From positions 1-64,000 of the forward strand of contig JAUCBJ010007758.1 of the NCBI GenBank assembly GCA_032718475.1: DNA of 64,000 nucleotides, written 5' to 3'. Under the pieces are notes generated by a model. That model was not told where the DNA came from. It did not search any database and saw nothing but the letters and a program-made list of their open reading frames with translations. The position numbers and the translations under genes were made by a program. The DNA comes from Nemertoderma westbladi. Lineage: Eukaryota; Animalia; Xenacoelomorpha. This document shows positions 24,201-38,600 of this stretch, piece by piece. Every line of letters begins with the position of its first letter. Positions within the stretch are counted from its first letter, which is position 1.

Positions 24201-26277
24201 CTCTTCGCCTGGCTTCGATCCGAAAGGGGAGGGTAGTAAAATCGAAGTTCGCGGGGATGTGGAGGAGCGTGTGATGGCATTGGTCGTTACAGACAGTACA
24301 GCATGATCTTTGGTCGCACTCCCGAACATAGTGACCTGTTCCAAGACACCGGAAGCATTCTCGGTGTTTCATTATCGCCTCGAAGCGTGGGACGAGTTCG
24401 GCGAACTGAAACTTTCTGCAGAATTTGAAATATTGAGTCATTTTCCAGCTCTTACGACTGTATAGGTCGGCACTAATGGGTTCTGATGCCGGCACAAGAA
24501 ATGCTGGACTCTGCATTAGCAAATGATTCGGCGTTAATGCAACACCGTCTGGTAACATAGCTATCGGCCTCGAGTTTAGTGTATGCTCGATTTCAATGAA
24601 AGCTGTGACCAGTTCGTCGTCGGTAAGTTGTTTGTTTACAGGCAATGTTTTGGCAATAGCCTGCTTTACAGAGCAAACTAAACGCTCCCAACTTCCTCCT
24701 CACCAAGGACTTTCTGGAGTATTAAATCTCCACTCTACTCTTTGCGGCAAAAGTGCTGCAGAAATTTCTTTATTCTGCGCTGCTCTATGAGCCGCGTTTA
24801 ACTCGCTATTCCCTCCGACAAAGTTTGTACCCTTGTCAGAGTAGAATGCCTTTACTAGTCCTGTCCTGGCCATAAATCTCTTTAAGGCCAGGAGCAGAGA
24901 TTTGGTCGACATGTCTGCCACACGCTCAATATGTATGGCTCTACTAGCCATGCATGTCAGTAGCAGGCCCCATCGCTTGTGGGTCAGCCGTCCACTCTTT
25001 GCCTCAATCGGACCAAAACAATCCACCCCTGTGTTCGTAAAAGGTGGGTCATATGCCTGCACTCTCGCTTCCGGGAGTTCAGCCATCTCCTGTTCCAATA
25101 CTCTGGCGTTCACCCTCTTGCAAACCAGACAGGCGTCATACATAGTGCCTACTGCCCTGCTTGGCTGCAATAGAATGAATTGCTGTCTCGCTGTCGACAA
25201 ACTCGACAAACAGTGTAACTTTCCCGCGTGATGCAACCGCTTATGTATATCCCATAGAATTGCTCTTTGCAACTCTATTGGGTGACTAGGGATTATCACT
25301 GGGAACCGAAACTGTGAGTTTATGTCGACAGTCTGGATTCTCGATCTATGACAAATTAAACCCTTATGGATTAATGGACTCCATTTTCTAAGGGGTTTAT
25401 AGAGAACTGGTCGTTGAGCCGATAATAGATTGAATTCCTTTGGGAAGGCACGCATTTGATAGTACTTCAAATGCTTTAATTCCGCTTGATCAATCTCATC
25501 CTCTGTCAGAGGTTGTTTCAATTTCTGAATTCGCTCACTATTAGCGCTCATTTGTTCTCCTAAATGTTCCGAATGTTTTATACAAAGGTACGAAATATAT
25601 CGGCTTAACCATGCAGTTCTTTTACAAATTGTCAGCCAAGAGGCAGACGAATTTAGTAATTTATCATAAATACTACATGGCTCTAATGCCAGCGACGGTT
25701 GTCCACTAACCAATGGAAGTTTCGAATCCAAACCCGCAGGTTTGGAAACCGAAGGCTCCATTATGTCGGTCATTTTCTGTCCGTCACTTACCAATTGTGA
25801 CCGTCGTCTAGTCTGTAAGGGTGGTTTTACGTCATAACTTACCCTTCCGGACCTAGTCGTCACGTAAGTCTGTAGGTCTGACAGGTCTCCGGGCCGCTCC
25901 AATGATTCTTCAGGCCGCTCCAATGACTCTTCAGGCCGCTCCAATGACTTGAGTTTGGCTTTCGACTTTGACTTGGAGACTTTCTCCACTTTGACTTCTG
26001 CATCTTCTGGCATCGGATTGGTCATTATCTTCAGTCGCTCTGGCCAATGTTCTGTGTCCTCGTTAGAAAATCAGGTCCATGCAACCAAAACTCCTGGGAC
26101 TCTTCCTGACAGAATTCCGCCGGCATAGCACCTCTCGAAGTTATGTCGGCCGGGTTTAAAACTCCCGGACAATGTCTCTATTGTTCCTTCGTCGAGAAGT
26201 CGACTATCTGAGCGCGTCTGTTGGCCACAAATGTCTTTAGTGCAATATTGTCGGCTGCAATGTATACTAACACTAAG
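21282..26277 (-). pseudogene. pol: Scrambled and duplicated BEL/Pao gag-pol fragments of Z (RNase H end, integrase, gag Zn knuckles, protease, integrase C-terminus)
   Basis: NPADITSRG, GVDCFGP, SDKGTNFVG, CFRCLGTGH..CTVCNDQRHHTLLH, AFLDNGS and LTPNHLL..RPIQKLCLLE; near-identical duplicated blocks. Confidence 0.9.
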
Positions 26278-26282
26278 GATGC

Positions 26283-27549
26283 TGTACGCGCTTTTGAAGA
26301 CCTTTAGCAGTTTAACCTGCCAAAATTTATATGTCTTTTGGTTTATAAATATACTTTAGAAGAAGACAAATATTTAATACCAATAAACACAACATTAGCA
26401 GAAGCCAGCCTAGTGCGCGTCCATTCACCCGCTGGATAATCCCGGGAGACTGGATTCTGTCGGCTTAAATTATTATTGCAGTGAAGCTTACTGTATTGTA
26501 TTATTCGATTGATCGTTAATAATTAATTTCTGACTAATATTATTTACTTTCGGGAAATATTAACAGTTCCTTTAGGACGTGGCGCTCTATCTAAGTAAAC
26601 AGAGATATGACTTATACTAATCACAACGGTAAGTCGGTAAGGCTTAAGATTCACGTATGAGGCGCATTCTTTAGGAAATGCTTAGTTATCAATCACAATC
26701 ATGCACAATACCGGTAACATACAATACCGCTCACTAATTTGCCGACCGTCAATGAATTTTATCATATATAAAGGGAATAGCAACGGACCAATGTAGTGCT
26801 TATTAAATAGCATTAAATTCACTACAAACCACAACAATATAAGTCGCAATCGCTATATATAACCCGTCTCTCTAACCTGTAGTGTATCAAGAAAATTGGG
26901 AAATTTGGGTTCTTTATATATGTTCTCCAAATGATATTCAACCAAACACAACAGTAAATAGCAGTATAATAATGTATGTTAAAAAGTAATAACAAGAAAG
27001 TATTGAATTATGAATGGAATTTTTAAGATTAGATTGGATAACAGTCATACGCTCTATAATTTAAGCCTACTAATGTTTCTTATAAAAGTATGAAACGAAT
27101 TGATTCTAGAGCCGTTGTTCCTGGCCTAGACAGCAATAACAACAAAGTATCAAGAAAAAAACAGTAAGACTGAACACACTCCTTATGATCGACCGAAAAG
27201 CTACACGTCGACAGGAAAAATCGCTCTGATTGGCTCAAGCCAAACAAAGAACCATGCGTCCAATGGCTGTTTCCATGTCAGCAACCAGCTGTTAGATGTC
27301 GTAATATGAATCATCACGGCTAAGCTATGAAAGGTATTTGCCGCATTGCAGGTTTTTTGTCTTACCATGTGCGCTAAAACACGTATATAGCAAAATGACT
27401 TTTATGTCCGTTAAAACACTTGTAACGGTACCTTGAGGGCGAGGGGAATATTTATACAGTTATAGAACCTTTTTAGAGTATTCCAGCGCCTGGGGGGAAA
27501 CTGGATTGCGAAGCAAAGGGGCCAGTTATATCCCACAGAAGCTTTTACA
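26283..27549 (-). repeat. 3' LTR of X
   Basis: TG..CA termini; about 99% identical by eye to 58511-59776; PPT-like GGGAGCGG at 27550-27557. Confidence 0.95.
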
Positions 27550-27627
27550 CCGCTCCCAGAAAATGGGATTTGAGTCTATAAAATATACAAAATCACAGTT
27601 TCTAATATACGTAAATACTCTAAACAG

Positions 27628-30600
27628 TTAGTCTTTCTTGCGCGGACGGCGTTTACGCAGTTTTTTTAAAGCTAGCAAGAGTCCTTTTCTCTTTGGAGCG
27701 AGCCACTTTACAAGGAGGGCTATAACTCCTGGGTGAAGGGTGCAATATGATTGCATCAGAGGGTGTAGGATTATGGTCGGTGTATCCGCCAGTCGAAGTA
27801 CCGGGTTGATTGACGTCAACGTCAGGTGAGAGGGGTCTAACGGCTTTGAGAGCTCGTTTCAAGACAGCCGCTCTTACGGGTCCTTTACGAGTGGTCTGAA
27901 CGAGGGCCGTGGGTGGACCATAGGCAGTTAGAAACTTCCGGGGTTTAATGGTCCTTTCCAACTCGCGTTCGCGGGCTCGGTATTCATAAGGCTTTCGATG
28001 TACTTCCTGCAACTCGGGATGTGAGTTAACAAACAAGTCTCCATAGTCCGGATCCTGACGGATATAATTGATTAAGTTATAGGAATGAAGGTCGCTAGGA
28101 TTAACACTCCTGAGAAATTTGCGTACGAATTTAGTTGAAATACATTCTCCGACGCGCTTCAGTAGCTCGTAACTCGATATGCGTGATTTCTGTTAAACAG
28201 AAGCGAATAGATAAGGATGGAACGCATAAACTCCTTCGTAAGCGCGTCCGGGATAATAGCGATGGCGCGAATCACAATGTAAATCAGCGTTTGCTTCCCA
28301 AGCTCTGATGTAACGCAGTGTGATCATTTCATCTACGCTTTCCAAATCGTGATTAAAAGGGCAGTCGAAACTAGCATGTCCCTTTAGTTGACAATGGTGA
28401 CATTGAGTCATAAATTGAGGGCAAACCGCAAAGATATGCAGGTTATTGAGTCTGCAATATGCGCAATAAATTTCCATAGTCGGTTGTTCTTAGAAATAGG
28501 AACAGCGGACGTTGGTGTCCATGGGCGTATCGTGGTCTCTCGAGGCGCATAACCGACAACGTTGCCTAGAAACATAGTTAGCATGGCGATAATCGTACGC
28601 AGTGAGACACTGTGGGCCTTGATACCATTCTATGATGTAATCGTTGTCGCTGGTCCGGGGCGCGATAGGCTGAATCTCTTCAGATTCTAGACATATTGGT
28701 TCGTCTTCCAAGTGCATAGTGGAAGTGGGCGTGTCTGTCTCTTCAGGTGGACCTATCGTCTGAATTTCCACGACAGAATAACCTGTGGGGATTCGAGGTC
28801 TTTGTATAACTGAGGAGTGCAAGTTCGATATACAAATCTCTTGGAAAATGGCGAATCCAGCGCTATCCAACTTCTCTGCAGCTGAGTTTCTTAGGCTGAG
28901 TTTGGTCAAAGTGCGGTCTTTAAATTGGCTATCCACGTTGCGAAACGGGGTTAAAAATCGCCGGAAACATTCGAAACGGATGAATTTATTATGTTCATCT
29001 AGCTTAGCGAGTTTGGTCCCAAGTATTAATGGATGGGCACGTATAGTACGACTGCACACATCGGCTAGCCAACCGGCAAGTGCGGTGTTTTCAAAGATCG
29101 TGTATATAGCTAAGGAGGGACGGAGTGGAACACTCATGAAGCTATACACGGCGCCAGGTGCGGTCAATGGTCCATCAAAGTATAATCGAGAATAATGGTC
29201 TCCGTATACCTGTTAATACATCTAGATTCCAATGGACTAATCGAGTTTTAATAAATCCATTGAGGTTATAAGGAGTTTCTATATCTTTCTCGATTCGCGA
29301 AATGTTATATGGTTTTCTAAATGAGTTTACCTTTACTAACTGATCCAGATGTTTCTGCAATTGTTCGAGTTCGACAATGTCTAGAGGATTTATTAGTGGT
29401 AGAAACTTTAAATCATGTGTCGGGTCTTCTGGTTTTACCATATAATATTGAGTCAGATTAACGTAATAAGGGTGGTCTTTAATCCCGTAAAACGAGTTCT
29501 GTAAAGGTCTAGCGCGTATGTTGACATCGTGTACCATACGACGGACAAGATCCGCTCGATTGTCCGGAGGTTCAACGAGTATACTGTCAACACGAGCGGC
29601 CTCGATCGGTGGACGCTGTAACATAGGGGCGTCAGCGATAAGGTTTTGCGATCCTGTACTGATATCAACCGGTTGAGGTTGTATCGTCGCGAAGAGCTTG
29701 TCTCCGAAATGTGGGATCATAGAGGGATGACGAACGGTTTTAGAGTAGAGGTCCGTCATGAGAATTTGAGCTTCAGGTTGGGCTAAAGCGGCTTCTTCTC
29801 TTTCTTCCAGTTTCGTGTGTTTCTCTTCGATTAGATTTTCTTCTGCTTGTCTCTGTAAGCGTTCATCTAAAAATTCTTGTAGAGAATACGTGCGTCCAAG
29901 CTCGATGTCTTCCTCAAGGTTTTGGATTTCTCTATCTAATTGTGGCAAGGCTAACTCCTTCACCGATTGGACTTGTTGTTGTAATTTACGTTTCTCTAAA
30001 CAATCTTGTGTTCCCTTTCCGATTTTCTGTCGAATGGCGTCTAAAGCGTTTCTTATAACACTCTCCTCGACTTCCATGGCGGGTTGTATCGGGTTTAATC
30101 CTGGACGATTGTAAGGATCAAAGGGCGATATTAGCTGCCCGCGTCCCAATCCGGCTAAGTAGGATGGGCGGATGTCTAACGAACCCACTACCGGAGCACC
30201 ACCGATTAGTTGTTCGGGTAACACTAAGTCTTTGAACAGGGAATATAGTTTGGGAGGATCAGTGATACTGTTAGGATGAAGAGTTTGAGGTCTCACTAGG
30301 GAATGAGGAGGCCTGACCGAGTATTCCGGAACTCTGATCATGGGTTTATTCAGTGATCGTTTAAGACGAGCGATCGTGGGCGGTACGTCAAACAGGTTTC
30401 GCTCGAAACTCCCGTAAGTGTAACGCGTAAAACTATGTTTAGCGCAACGTCTCCGTGGATGTTTATGTCTTTCAATTTGTTGGTTGGGTCTAGGGCATTT
30501 GTCGCAATAATACCAAAGACGCACATCCTGTAGAGGAAACGCGGGTGATCGTTCTCCAGTTTTGCAGTATTCTTCCATTTGTTCAAAACTATCCGGGATA

Positions 30601-31172
30601 ACAGGTAGTGGACGATCGGCGGTAAGATACATCATAGTGAAATAGAGCCGTTTGAGTTCTACTACAGGGTCGTGATGGATACCTTGAGGATATCGAGTCT
30701 CTAAGTTCTGCTGACTAGCGACGTTGAGATAGGTTTCTCTCAAAAACTCTAAGTATTCGTTGAAGTCGATGCGTTTATCCGGTTCTTCAACGTTTTCTCT
30801 TTCTAGTCTATTACGAATAGAATTTTCGTGATCTATTCTCGGTTTATCGTTACGACTCCGCTGGGTATGATATTTAAATAGAACCATTTCCCTTTCTGTA
30901 TCTACATCGTCCGTATCATGTAAGTCGATAGGATGGCCGGTCGTTAGGAAGTCCATATACGTACCATTACGATTCGTATAGCGAGTGGTGAATTTTCGAT
31001 AGTCCAATTCACGCGCAAGTTGCTCTTGGGACATCGGCGGTTCGATATAACGACCATCGTCCTCCGTAATGGTTGGATCGGCTTCACCGCGTATTAAGCT
31101 ATCCACAAATGCTTGTAAAGGTAGAGTATATCGCTCCCTAATACCAAGATCATCTTCTATCAACTCCGTCAT
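27628..31172 (-). pseudogene. X third ORF (~1180 aa, disrupted): unknown N-terminus, coiled coil, Zn module, basic C-terminus
   Basis: ORFs 29175..31172, 28490..29167, 28193..28477, 27653..28036 and 27628..27819 join via two in-frame stops and two frameshifts. YCAYCRLNNLHIFAVCP..CHHCQLKGH; ends LKKLRKRRPRKKD. Confidence 0.75.
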
Positions 31173-32669
31173 ATCTGCTATCTGAGTTTATTAATATCAA
31201 ATAAGTTTGTATTTAGGCGAGCGGGCGTCGCTGCCTACTTTTCTTTGCCCCCGGACAGTGGGATTCTCAGCGCCGATGTACCGTCGTCGCGGTGTTTACG
31301 CCAACATGTAGCAACAGCACGACAACGATAACCGGCACAAGTCACTCCACTGTCCGTCCCAAAGGCTTGGATCCACTTAGGTTCTTTCTATAGGAGAGTT
31401 GGGCTATTTTTACAATTGCGACTAGCTACTGTAAACATACTTTAGCAGTAACAACATTCACCTATAAACGCACAAATTCCACACAACTGTCAACAACTGC
31501 ACACACACAGGCCATTTGTCCGTTAGTCAGTGCCTTCCAGAATGTCACTTTATTACTGTGTATCCTTGGATACTAACAGTGTGCTATGTTCTCTATGCTA
31601 GGCAATGGGACAAGCTTTCTATTGTTCTTTTAACTTGCTTCTAATTCTAGCGTGGGTGTTGCTATGGTGACATTATGGAATGCTAGCGGTAGAATTAGGG
31701 TAATTCTCATGCGTACAGATCTGGGATGCTATTTAATAATAATTCTTTAATTGTCAATATCCTCTTTATGCATGATTTTATTAATTTTATCGGCTATTGA
31801 CTATATGTTGGATTTTCTCGCACTCTAATACACTCAATAGGATGAATCTCCGCTCCCATGATCTATTAATTAATGGAATTTTGGGAATGTTATAATTGTA
31901 CAAAAAAACAATTTATGAAATTCATTTAAAAATATGAATTTAAATTTATTCCCGTGAATTTTATTATTTGATGTTAAAATTGACACAATTTGATTCCAGA
32001 GCAGGTCTGGGGACATAGGATCCTTAATTCTATGAAATTTGTCTTTTAAGAGTATCGAGAAGTGCTACGATATCTTAATCGACTAGAATTGTTAACGGAT
32101 CTGAATTTTACAGATTTTAATAAATATTAAATTAATATTTAAGATGGGCACCGATTTATTCCAGAACTTGTCTGGGGACGTTAACCATTGATTCTAGAAT
32201 TTGTCTTTCAAGTATATCGGTGGGTGCCGCGATATCTTAATCGACTAGAATTACAGATGGTCAAAAGGTTTAACAGATTTATTTGCGTTTTACGCTACTG
32301 TTAGAGGGACATCACGCTACTATATGTATTATTTAATATAAGGTAGAAGAGCAATATCGCACGAAGCAATGTCAGTGTGAAGAGGCAAGTCGTTTCCAAG
32401 GTCTACCCAGAGCTTGGTTTAGCCGAGACACGAGGATCTGAACTTTGCATTCCTAATACTCTGCCTACCAATAATACTTGAATATAGTAGTGGCTTTATT
32501 GTACTTTAATAAGTACGGACATTTCATCTTACTGTAGTCACGTATTTATAATATGATACGTACAGTAAGGAAAGAGAAAAAATTATTTCTCGCCGTCGCA
32601 CTAAGTATATTATAAGTAATTACGTACGTAATAAACACTAATGTATTGCACTAATCTACTAAATAATAC

Positions 32670-35600
32670 TAATTTGGTGTCAAAGGATAAGGGCGCGTTG
32701 GTGAGTCTTCCTCCAACACGTATTAACCCATCTATCATTGTGCTCGAGAATCGATCCCTTAAGCGCATCTGCGGATTTCTCAACAACAGGAAGTACTTTT
32801 CGGAATCCTCATAGCATTGCAGGAGTCTCAGTATCTGTTTATTTGTTTCTTCATACTCCTGGTGACTGATTTTCTCTTTTAGAAAACGATCAGATATCTT
32901 ATATTTGGGTAAATTCTTAATAACATGAACTTGTGCAGATGTCAATGGAGCGTGATCACTAGTGGTCTTCGTCCTGGAGTAGTGATGATGAAAACATCGT
33001 CTTAAATATGTGACGGCTTTACAGAGCCGATTCCAGGAACTGTAATGATGCATTGCTCTCTGCAGCATGGGTGAGATTCCTTGCGAGACGTCTGGTATTC
33101 CAGATTTCCAATCTCTATCTCTAATTTCCACAACAGACTTATTTGTGTTGAGGGATTGTGGATCCGAAACATCATTCCCGGAAGTATGTAATACAGATCG
33201 ATCGATAGTCGGTTTAAATAACTTTGATTTACTCGCCCGGGTTTTAGGTTTGACGGTCTCCGCTCCCTTGGCTTGTCTAATCTCTGCCGTAGTAAGGTGA
33301 GGAGGCCATTCATCCTCTTCCTTGCTCAGGAAGTCGGGTCCACCCAACCAATCTGGAGTATCTATCAGTTCCTGTGGAGTTGCTCCCCAGGAGGCGATAT
33401 CGGCTGGATTAATCGTACCAGGGCAATGTCTCCATTGATCTATCTTTGTGCGACTAAGAATAATAGCTACTCGGTTAGTAACAAAAACGCTAAACTGACA
33501 GACTTCATTGGTGAGATACTCCAACACGAGTAAAGCGTCGGTCCAATAAACCGTTTTCTCCAGTGGATAGTCGATTTGTTCCGTTACGTTCCGGCCGATG
33601 GCTGTAGCGTATAAAGCCGCCTTTAACTCCGCTCGAGGAACCTTTAACTTGTTGTTAATCAATGCCTTAGAGGTAACCAAGGCGACTTTGATTCCATCCG
33701 GAGTTTCGACTCGCAGATATGCTACTATACCTATTCCCATGTCGCTGGCGTCTCCAAACACATGGAGTTGATAGGAATACGTAGGAAGAACATGGCCAAA
33801 ATATGCACAGGAAATTATAAAGTTCTCGATGGCAGGTAGAGAATCCTCCCATTTCATCCATTTCTTTAACAATTCCCCTTTAAGCGGATCGTCCCATGAG
33901 TGGTTTTCAAGCCACATCTGTTGTACTAAACTCCGAGCAATCAATATAACTGGGCTAATAAATCCCAATGGGTCGAAATAAGTGCTCAGGATGCTTAAAC
34001 AAATCCGTTTGGTCCGGACTGGATTATCTCGCTGTTTTAACTGAAAAAACAGGATGTCTCACTTCAAGCCTAGCGTCTTGGTTTCAGGAAGATCGTCCTT
34101 TATTAAATCTAGGTCTTTCGCTCCGCGATCTTCTACCGGTATGGCTTCCAGAAACTCACGGGAGTTGCTAGTGAATTTCGTCAGTCGAAATCCACCTCTT
34201 TTCAAACACTCTACCGTTCCTTTCGCGACAGCTATGGCTTCTTCTACTGATGGAAGGGACCTTAAATTGTCGTCCATGTATATATTGCGTTTTATGTTGT
34301 CTATCACTTCTTTGGAGAAGGAGTCTCGGTTGTCATTCGCAGTGGTTCGCACCACGGAGCAGGCGTTGGAAGGGCTTGATATGATCCCAAAAGCCTGGAT
34401 GGTCATCCAGTACTCTACCGGTTTCTGGTTGAGGTCTCCTTCAGGCCACCACAGAAATCTCAGGCTGTCTCTATCTCTATCCAGCGCCTTGACTTGTAAG
34501 AACATTCCTTCTATATCAGAGGCGAACGCGATGGAATATTGTCTTAATCTTAATAGTATTCCCAACAAAGATTGGAGTAAGTTGGGTCCTGGTAACAACT
34601 CGGAATTGAGGGATTGGCCCATATATAGCGCAGAGCCATCGAATACGACTCGGACTTCATGGGGTTTACCGGGTTTGGGAACGTAATGATGTGTTAAGTA
34701 ATACGTTCTCTCAGTTACTGGTGTTCCTTCCGGTACTCGCTCCGCGTATCCCTTTGTTATAAATTTCTTCAGCTGAGTTTGGTACATTTCTTTCGCTGAA
34801 GCATTAGCTGTAAGGCGTCGATATAATTGAGCGATTCTTTTCTCTGCCAAGGGTCTGTTATTTATAAATCTAGGTTCTCGTTTTCGAAATGGTAGGCCGA
34901 TTTCATATCTACCTTGGTCTTTTAAAAAACGTATAGTGGTTTCCTGGATTTGCTTGGCTCTTTCTTCTTCTATAGATAGAGCCTTATCATATGAATTGGG
35001 CTCTACCAGTTCCTGAGTAAAGAATCGTACAGCTAGTTCGTCCCGAGTTCTAGCGTTGTAGCGCTCTATCTCATCGTTTAGTTCGTCATTGTAAGCGATG
35101 GGTTCCGATGGGTGAATCAGTTGACAAAGGTTCACCTGACTTTTCCAAGTTTGGTTTTCTGTAAGTAGGTCGATTGTGTTCTCTTCATCGAAGAGTTGGT
35201 AGATGTCGTCATTATCTGAGGAGTATGGTGTTCCCTCAGTTAGTTCGTCCACCTCACTGCTCTCCACTTCCCAATCGTGTACTTGGTATGTGTGCTCTTG
35301 TGGCATTCTCTCTTCGAGAGTCCTGCGGGAAGGGCCAGTAAAGTACCAACCTACTCTAGTTCTTACTGCATAGGTTTGCAGTGGCTGTGGTTGAGCAGGC
35401 CGTTTCTCCAATGTTTCGAGCGCCTCATGCGCGTTCTGGCCGATGAGGATTTGCACTCCAGGATAATCTGTCTGGAATCGAGGTATCTCAAGATGTTGGA
35501 TGCTCTCATCCTCGTCCCAATTATAAAGGTCTGCTTGAGTAGTAGCGAAGTTCTTTATAGCCACCATTTTTACCGACCTTATACCTTGTGTTCCTAACTT

Positions 35601-38600
35601 ATCCTGGGGGGTGGACAACACACCTACATAGTAATCTGCCGTTAAGGTAGATTTCCAAACCTGCATAATTCCGGACATATTCAATTTAGTCCGGAATTTG
35701 GGTTGTCCAGCAAAGATATCTTCGGCTAATTCTTGATCAATGAATGTTCCTGTGCTGCCAGAGTCAAGGAGGGCGTTCACTATGTAACTTTTACTAAGAC
35801 CATGAACTCTTACCTGCACCACAGGAAATTCTCTGATTCCTACGTTGGAAGTTGGAGCTTTCCAAGATGGTTGTTTGGCAAAAGTAGTTGGGGGAAACTC
35901 ATTGTTGGTGACCTTTTCATAAGTAAGTGCTCAATACACTGCGGTATTGATTAGATAACAGGATTCGTTGGCGTCGGAGAATTCGTCAGTATAGAATCCT
36001 TCCATCTCAGACTCCTGATCAGTGTCATTTACATCACTGAATTGGACATGTAGTTCGGGCTCACTTACCTGACTCTGTTTGTCTCGTTCGAACTCACTGT
36101 GTAACAAGATGTGATGTTTCGCGCCACACTTTGCACACTTTATGTCGGAGTAACAGGTTCGCCGTTGGTGTCCTGGTCTGAGGCAATTATAGCATAACTG
36201 CTTGTCCCACACAACTGTACGTCTGTCTACAAGGGATTTCTTTAGAAATTCAGCACACGCACTCAAACGGTGGGTCCCGTCGCACAGCGCACAGTTAGGT
36301 TTTATGTTACTCACCTTACCTTGGGTAACTTGATGCACTCTCGTTTTTTCTTCGGGTTTTCTTCGGTGCATTCTGTTAGGAGACTGAGGGGGGGTCTTGG
36401 CAACCTGTTCTCTCCTATCGTTGTTTCGAGCCTTGTATTTACTTACATCTTTTGAGGTTTTGTCAACGTAGTAAGATCGCTCAGTATCTTTCCCGCTGTC
36501 CTCTTCTTGAGAAACTTGGCTTTCGCCGTCGTCAGTGTAACACACCGGTGTTATTCTTCTCCTAGGAGAGGGTTTCTCACTTACCTTATTTTCCGATGTT
36601 TTCTCTCTGGACTGCTTGATGAGTTGTAGTTTTACCTCACCATCTAAGAAGGACATGAGATCAGCCATGGTAGGACTTCGTCGTTGTTGTTCATTCATGT
36701 ACAACACTTTCTTGTCCCAGCGGGTACATACTCCACCCTTTGGTAAAGTAGAGACTACGGCTCCAATAACCATTGAACTCTGATATTCATGAGACTTACC
36801 TAACCAGTCGAATTGTCTACAGATCTCTTGAATCTCATCGGAAAACTCTATAATCCCGCTACTAAGGAAGTGTCGGGGGGCTACTAATTTTGCATACAAA
36901 TACTTAGCTATGTTATCCTTGTTACCATACCTGATGTTTAATGTATCCCATACTTGTCTTAATCCTTCTGGATGTCCAATAAACTTTAACGCCATTAACT
37001 TGGGAGGTCCTTCCAAGCACTTGATGAGGAACCTAAGTTTCTCTCCGTTAGATAGTACAGAGTTCTGTATGCTGTCTTTGTAATATTCATTGAAAGGTAA
37101 CCATTTCATCTCATCTCCATTGAATTTGACGATCTCTCCCACTTTGACCGCTTGGCGGGCTTCTGTTCTAGCCATGTGACGCGTAAAGCTTTCTTGGGCC
37201 ATCGTGTTATTTAATATCGAATTATCGGTATATAAATTTCTCGGATCAGTATCAGGTATATAGGGAATATCATTAATAAAAGGTCTATAATCACCCTTAA
37301 TAGGGTTTGCTATAGGAGTTTCTACTTCACTAGCAGTATAGATGCGTGTAGGCTCCACACCTTGCGCATGTAATACTTCAGACCTAACAGGTTGACACAA
37401 TGTTACAGGGGGTATTGGTATGCCCTTTTGTATATTGACTAATTTGTCGCGTTCTAGCGCGATACTTTGCTGCACTTCTTGCAACTCTGCTCTACCTTCC
37501 CTTACTGTTCCCTTAAGCTGGTGGACAGTCTACTGCATCTGTCCGAGCAGGAGATTCATCCCCCGCCGTCCCTCCTCTACCCACTCAACCGCCGAAGCGG
37601 GAGTCGCCAACATTGTAGCGGGCTGACGTGGGACGACGGGAGACAAATCTTTGATTTCTCTCTCAGCTTCCAGGACAGGAATATTCTCATGGACTGTTCT
37701 ACCGGGTACAGGCAGTGTAGTACTGTGTAAAGGGAACTTAGAGTTAAGCTCTGGAAGTACAGGGGTCTCTAGCACAGGTGTGACTTTGGGAACGACAGGC
37801 CTAATTATTTCAGGCTCATCAACTATTGTAGGGAGTCTTTTGACCTGAATAGTTTGGTATGTGGGTTCCGTACTCGCTAAGTCTGTGCTAGCTAGTTGTC
37901 TTCTAACAGCTGGGGGCAAATCAGGCAATTTGTGACGATGAGATGTTTTTCTACGCCTGCTTAGACGAGATCTATTTCCTCCGCCTTCAGGATCGGTGGT
38001 TTCACTTTCTTCCGATGATGTGTATCCCTGGCGTTTGGGAGTAGATTTTCTCATCATTTGCATGTGACTAGCAGTTAACTGTTTATTTATGTTGTCTTGC
38101 GTCTCTTGCAGATTTTCCAACTCCAGTTGGGTAGTCTGCTCAGATGCTCTCCGTTTTGCTTCTGCCACTGCCCTTTCCGCCTTTGCTTCTGCCGCCGCTG
38201 CCTTTCTTTTTGCTTCTGCTTCTGCCGCTGCTGCCCTTCTTTTTGCTTCTGCTTCTGCCGCAGCTGCCCTTCTTTTTGCTTCTGCTTCTGCCGCTGCTGC
38301 CCTTGCTGCTATTCTTTCTGCTTCTACTTCTGCCGCCGCTGCCTTTCTTTCTGCTTCTACTTCTGCCGCCGCTGCTTTTCTTTCTGCTTCTGCTTCTGCC
38401 GTAGCCGCCGCCCTTTGTTCCTCTATCCGTCTTTTCTTTACCTTTTCTTCTTGGACTCTAGTGAGGCGGAGTTTCTCATCAAACTCAGCTTGGTTAGCAG
38501 CTAACATTTCAGCATCGATTGAATCTAACACACGCTGGGTTCCTTCACTATTGGGGGAAAGTCCAGACAGCCGTCTCCTCAACTCTTCGTCTCCTAGGAA

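Noticed and set aside
27628-31172. env gene
   Set aside because: No signal peptide or transmembrane segment is visible; it has Zn fingers and a basic tail instead.
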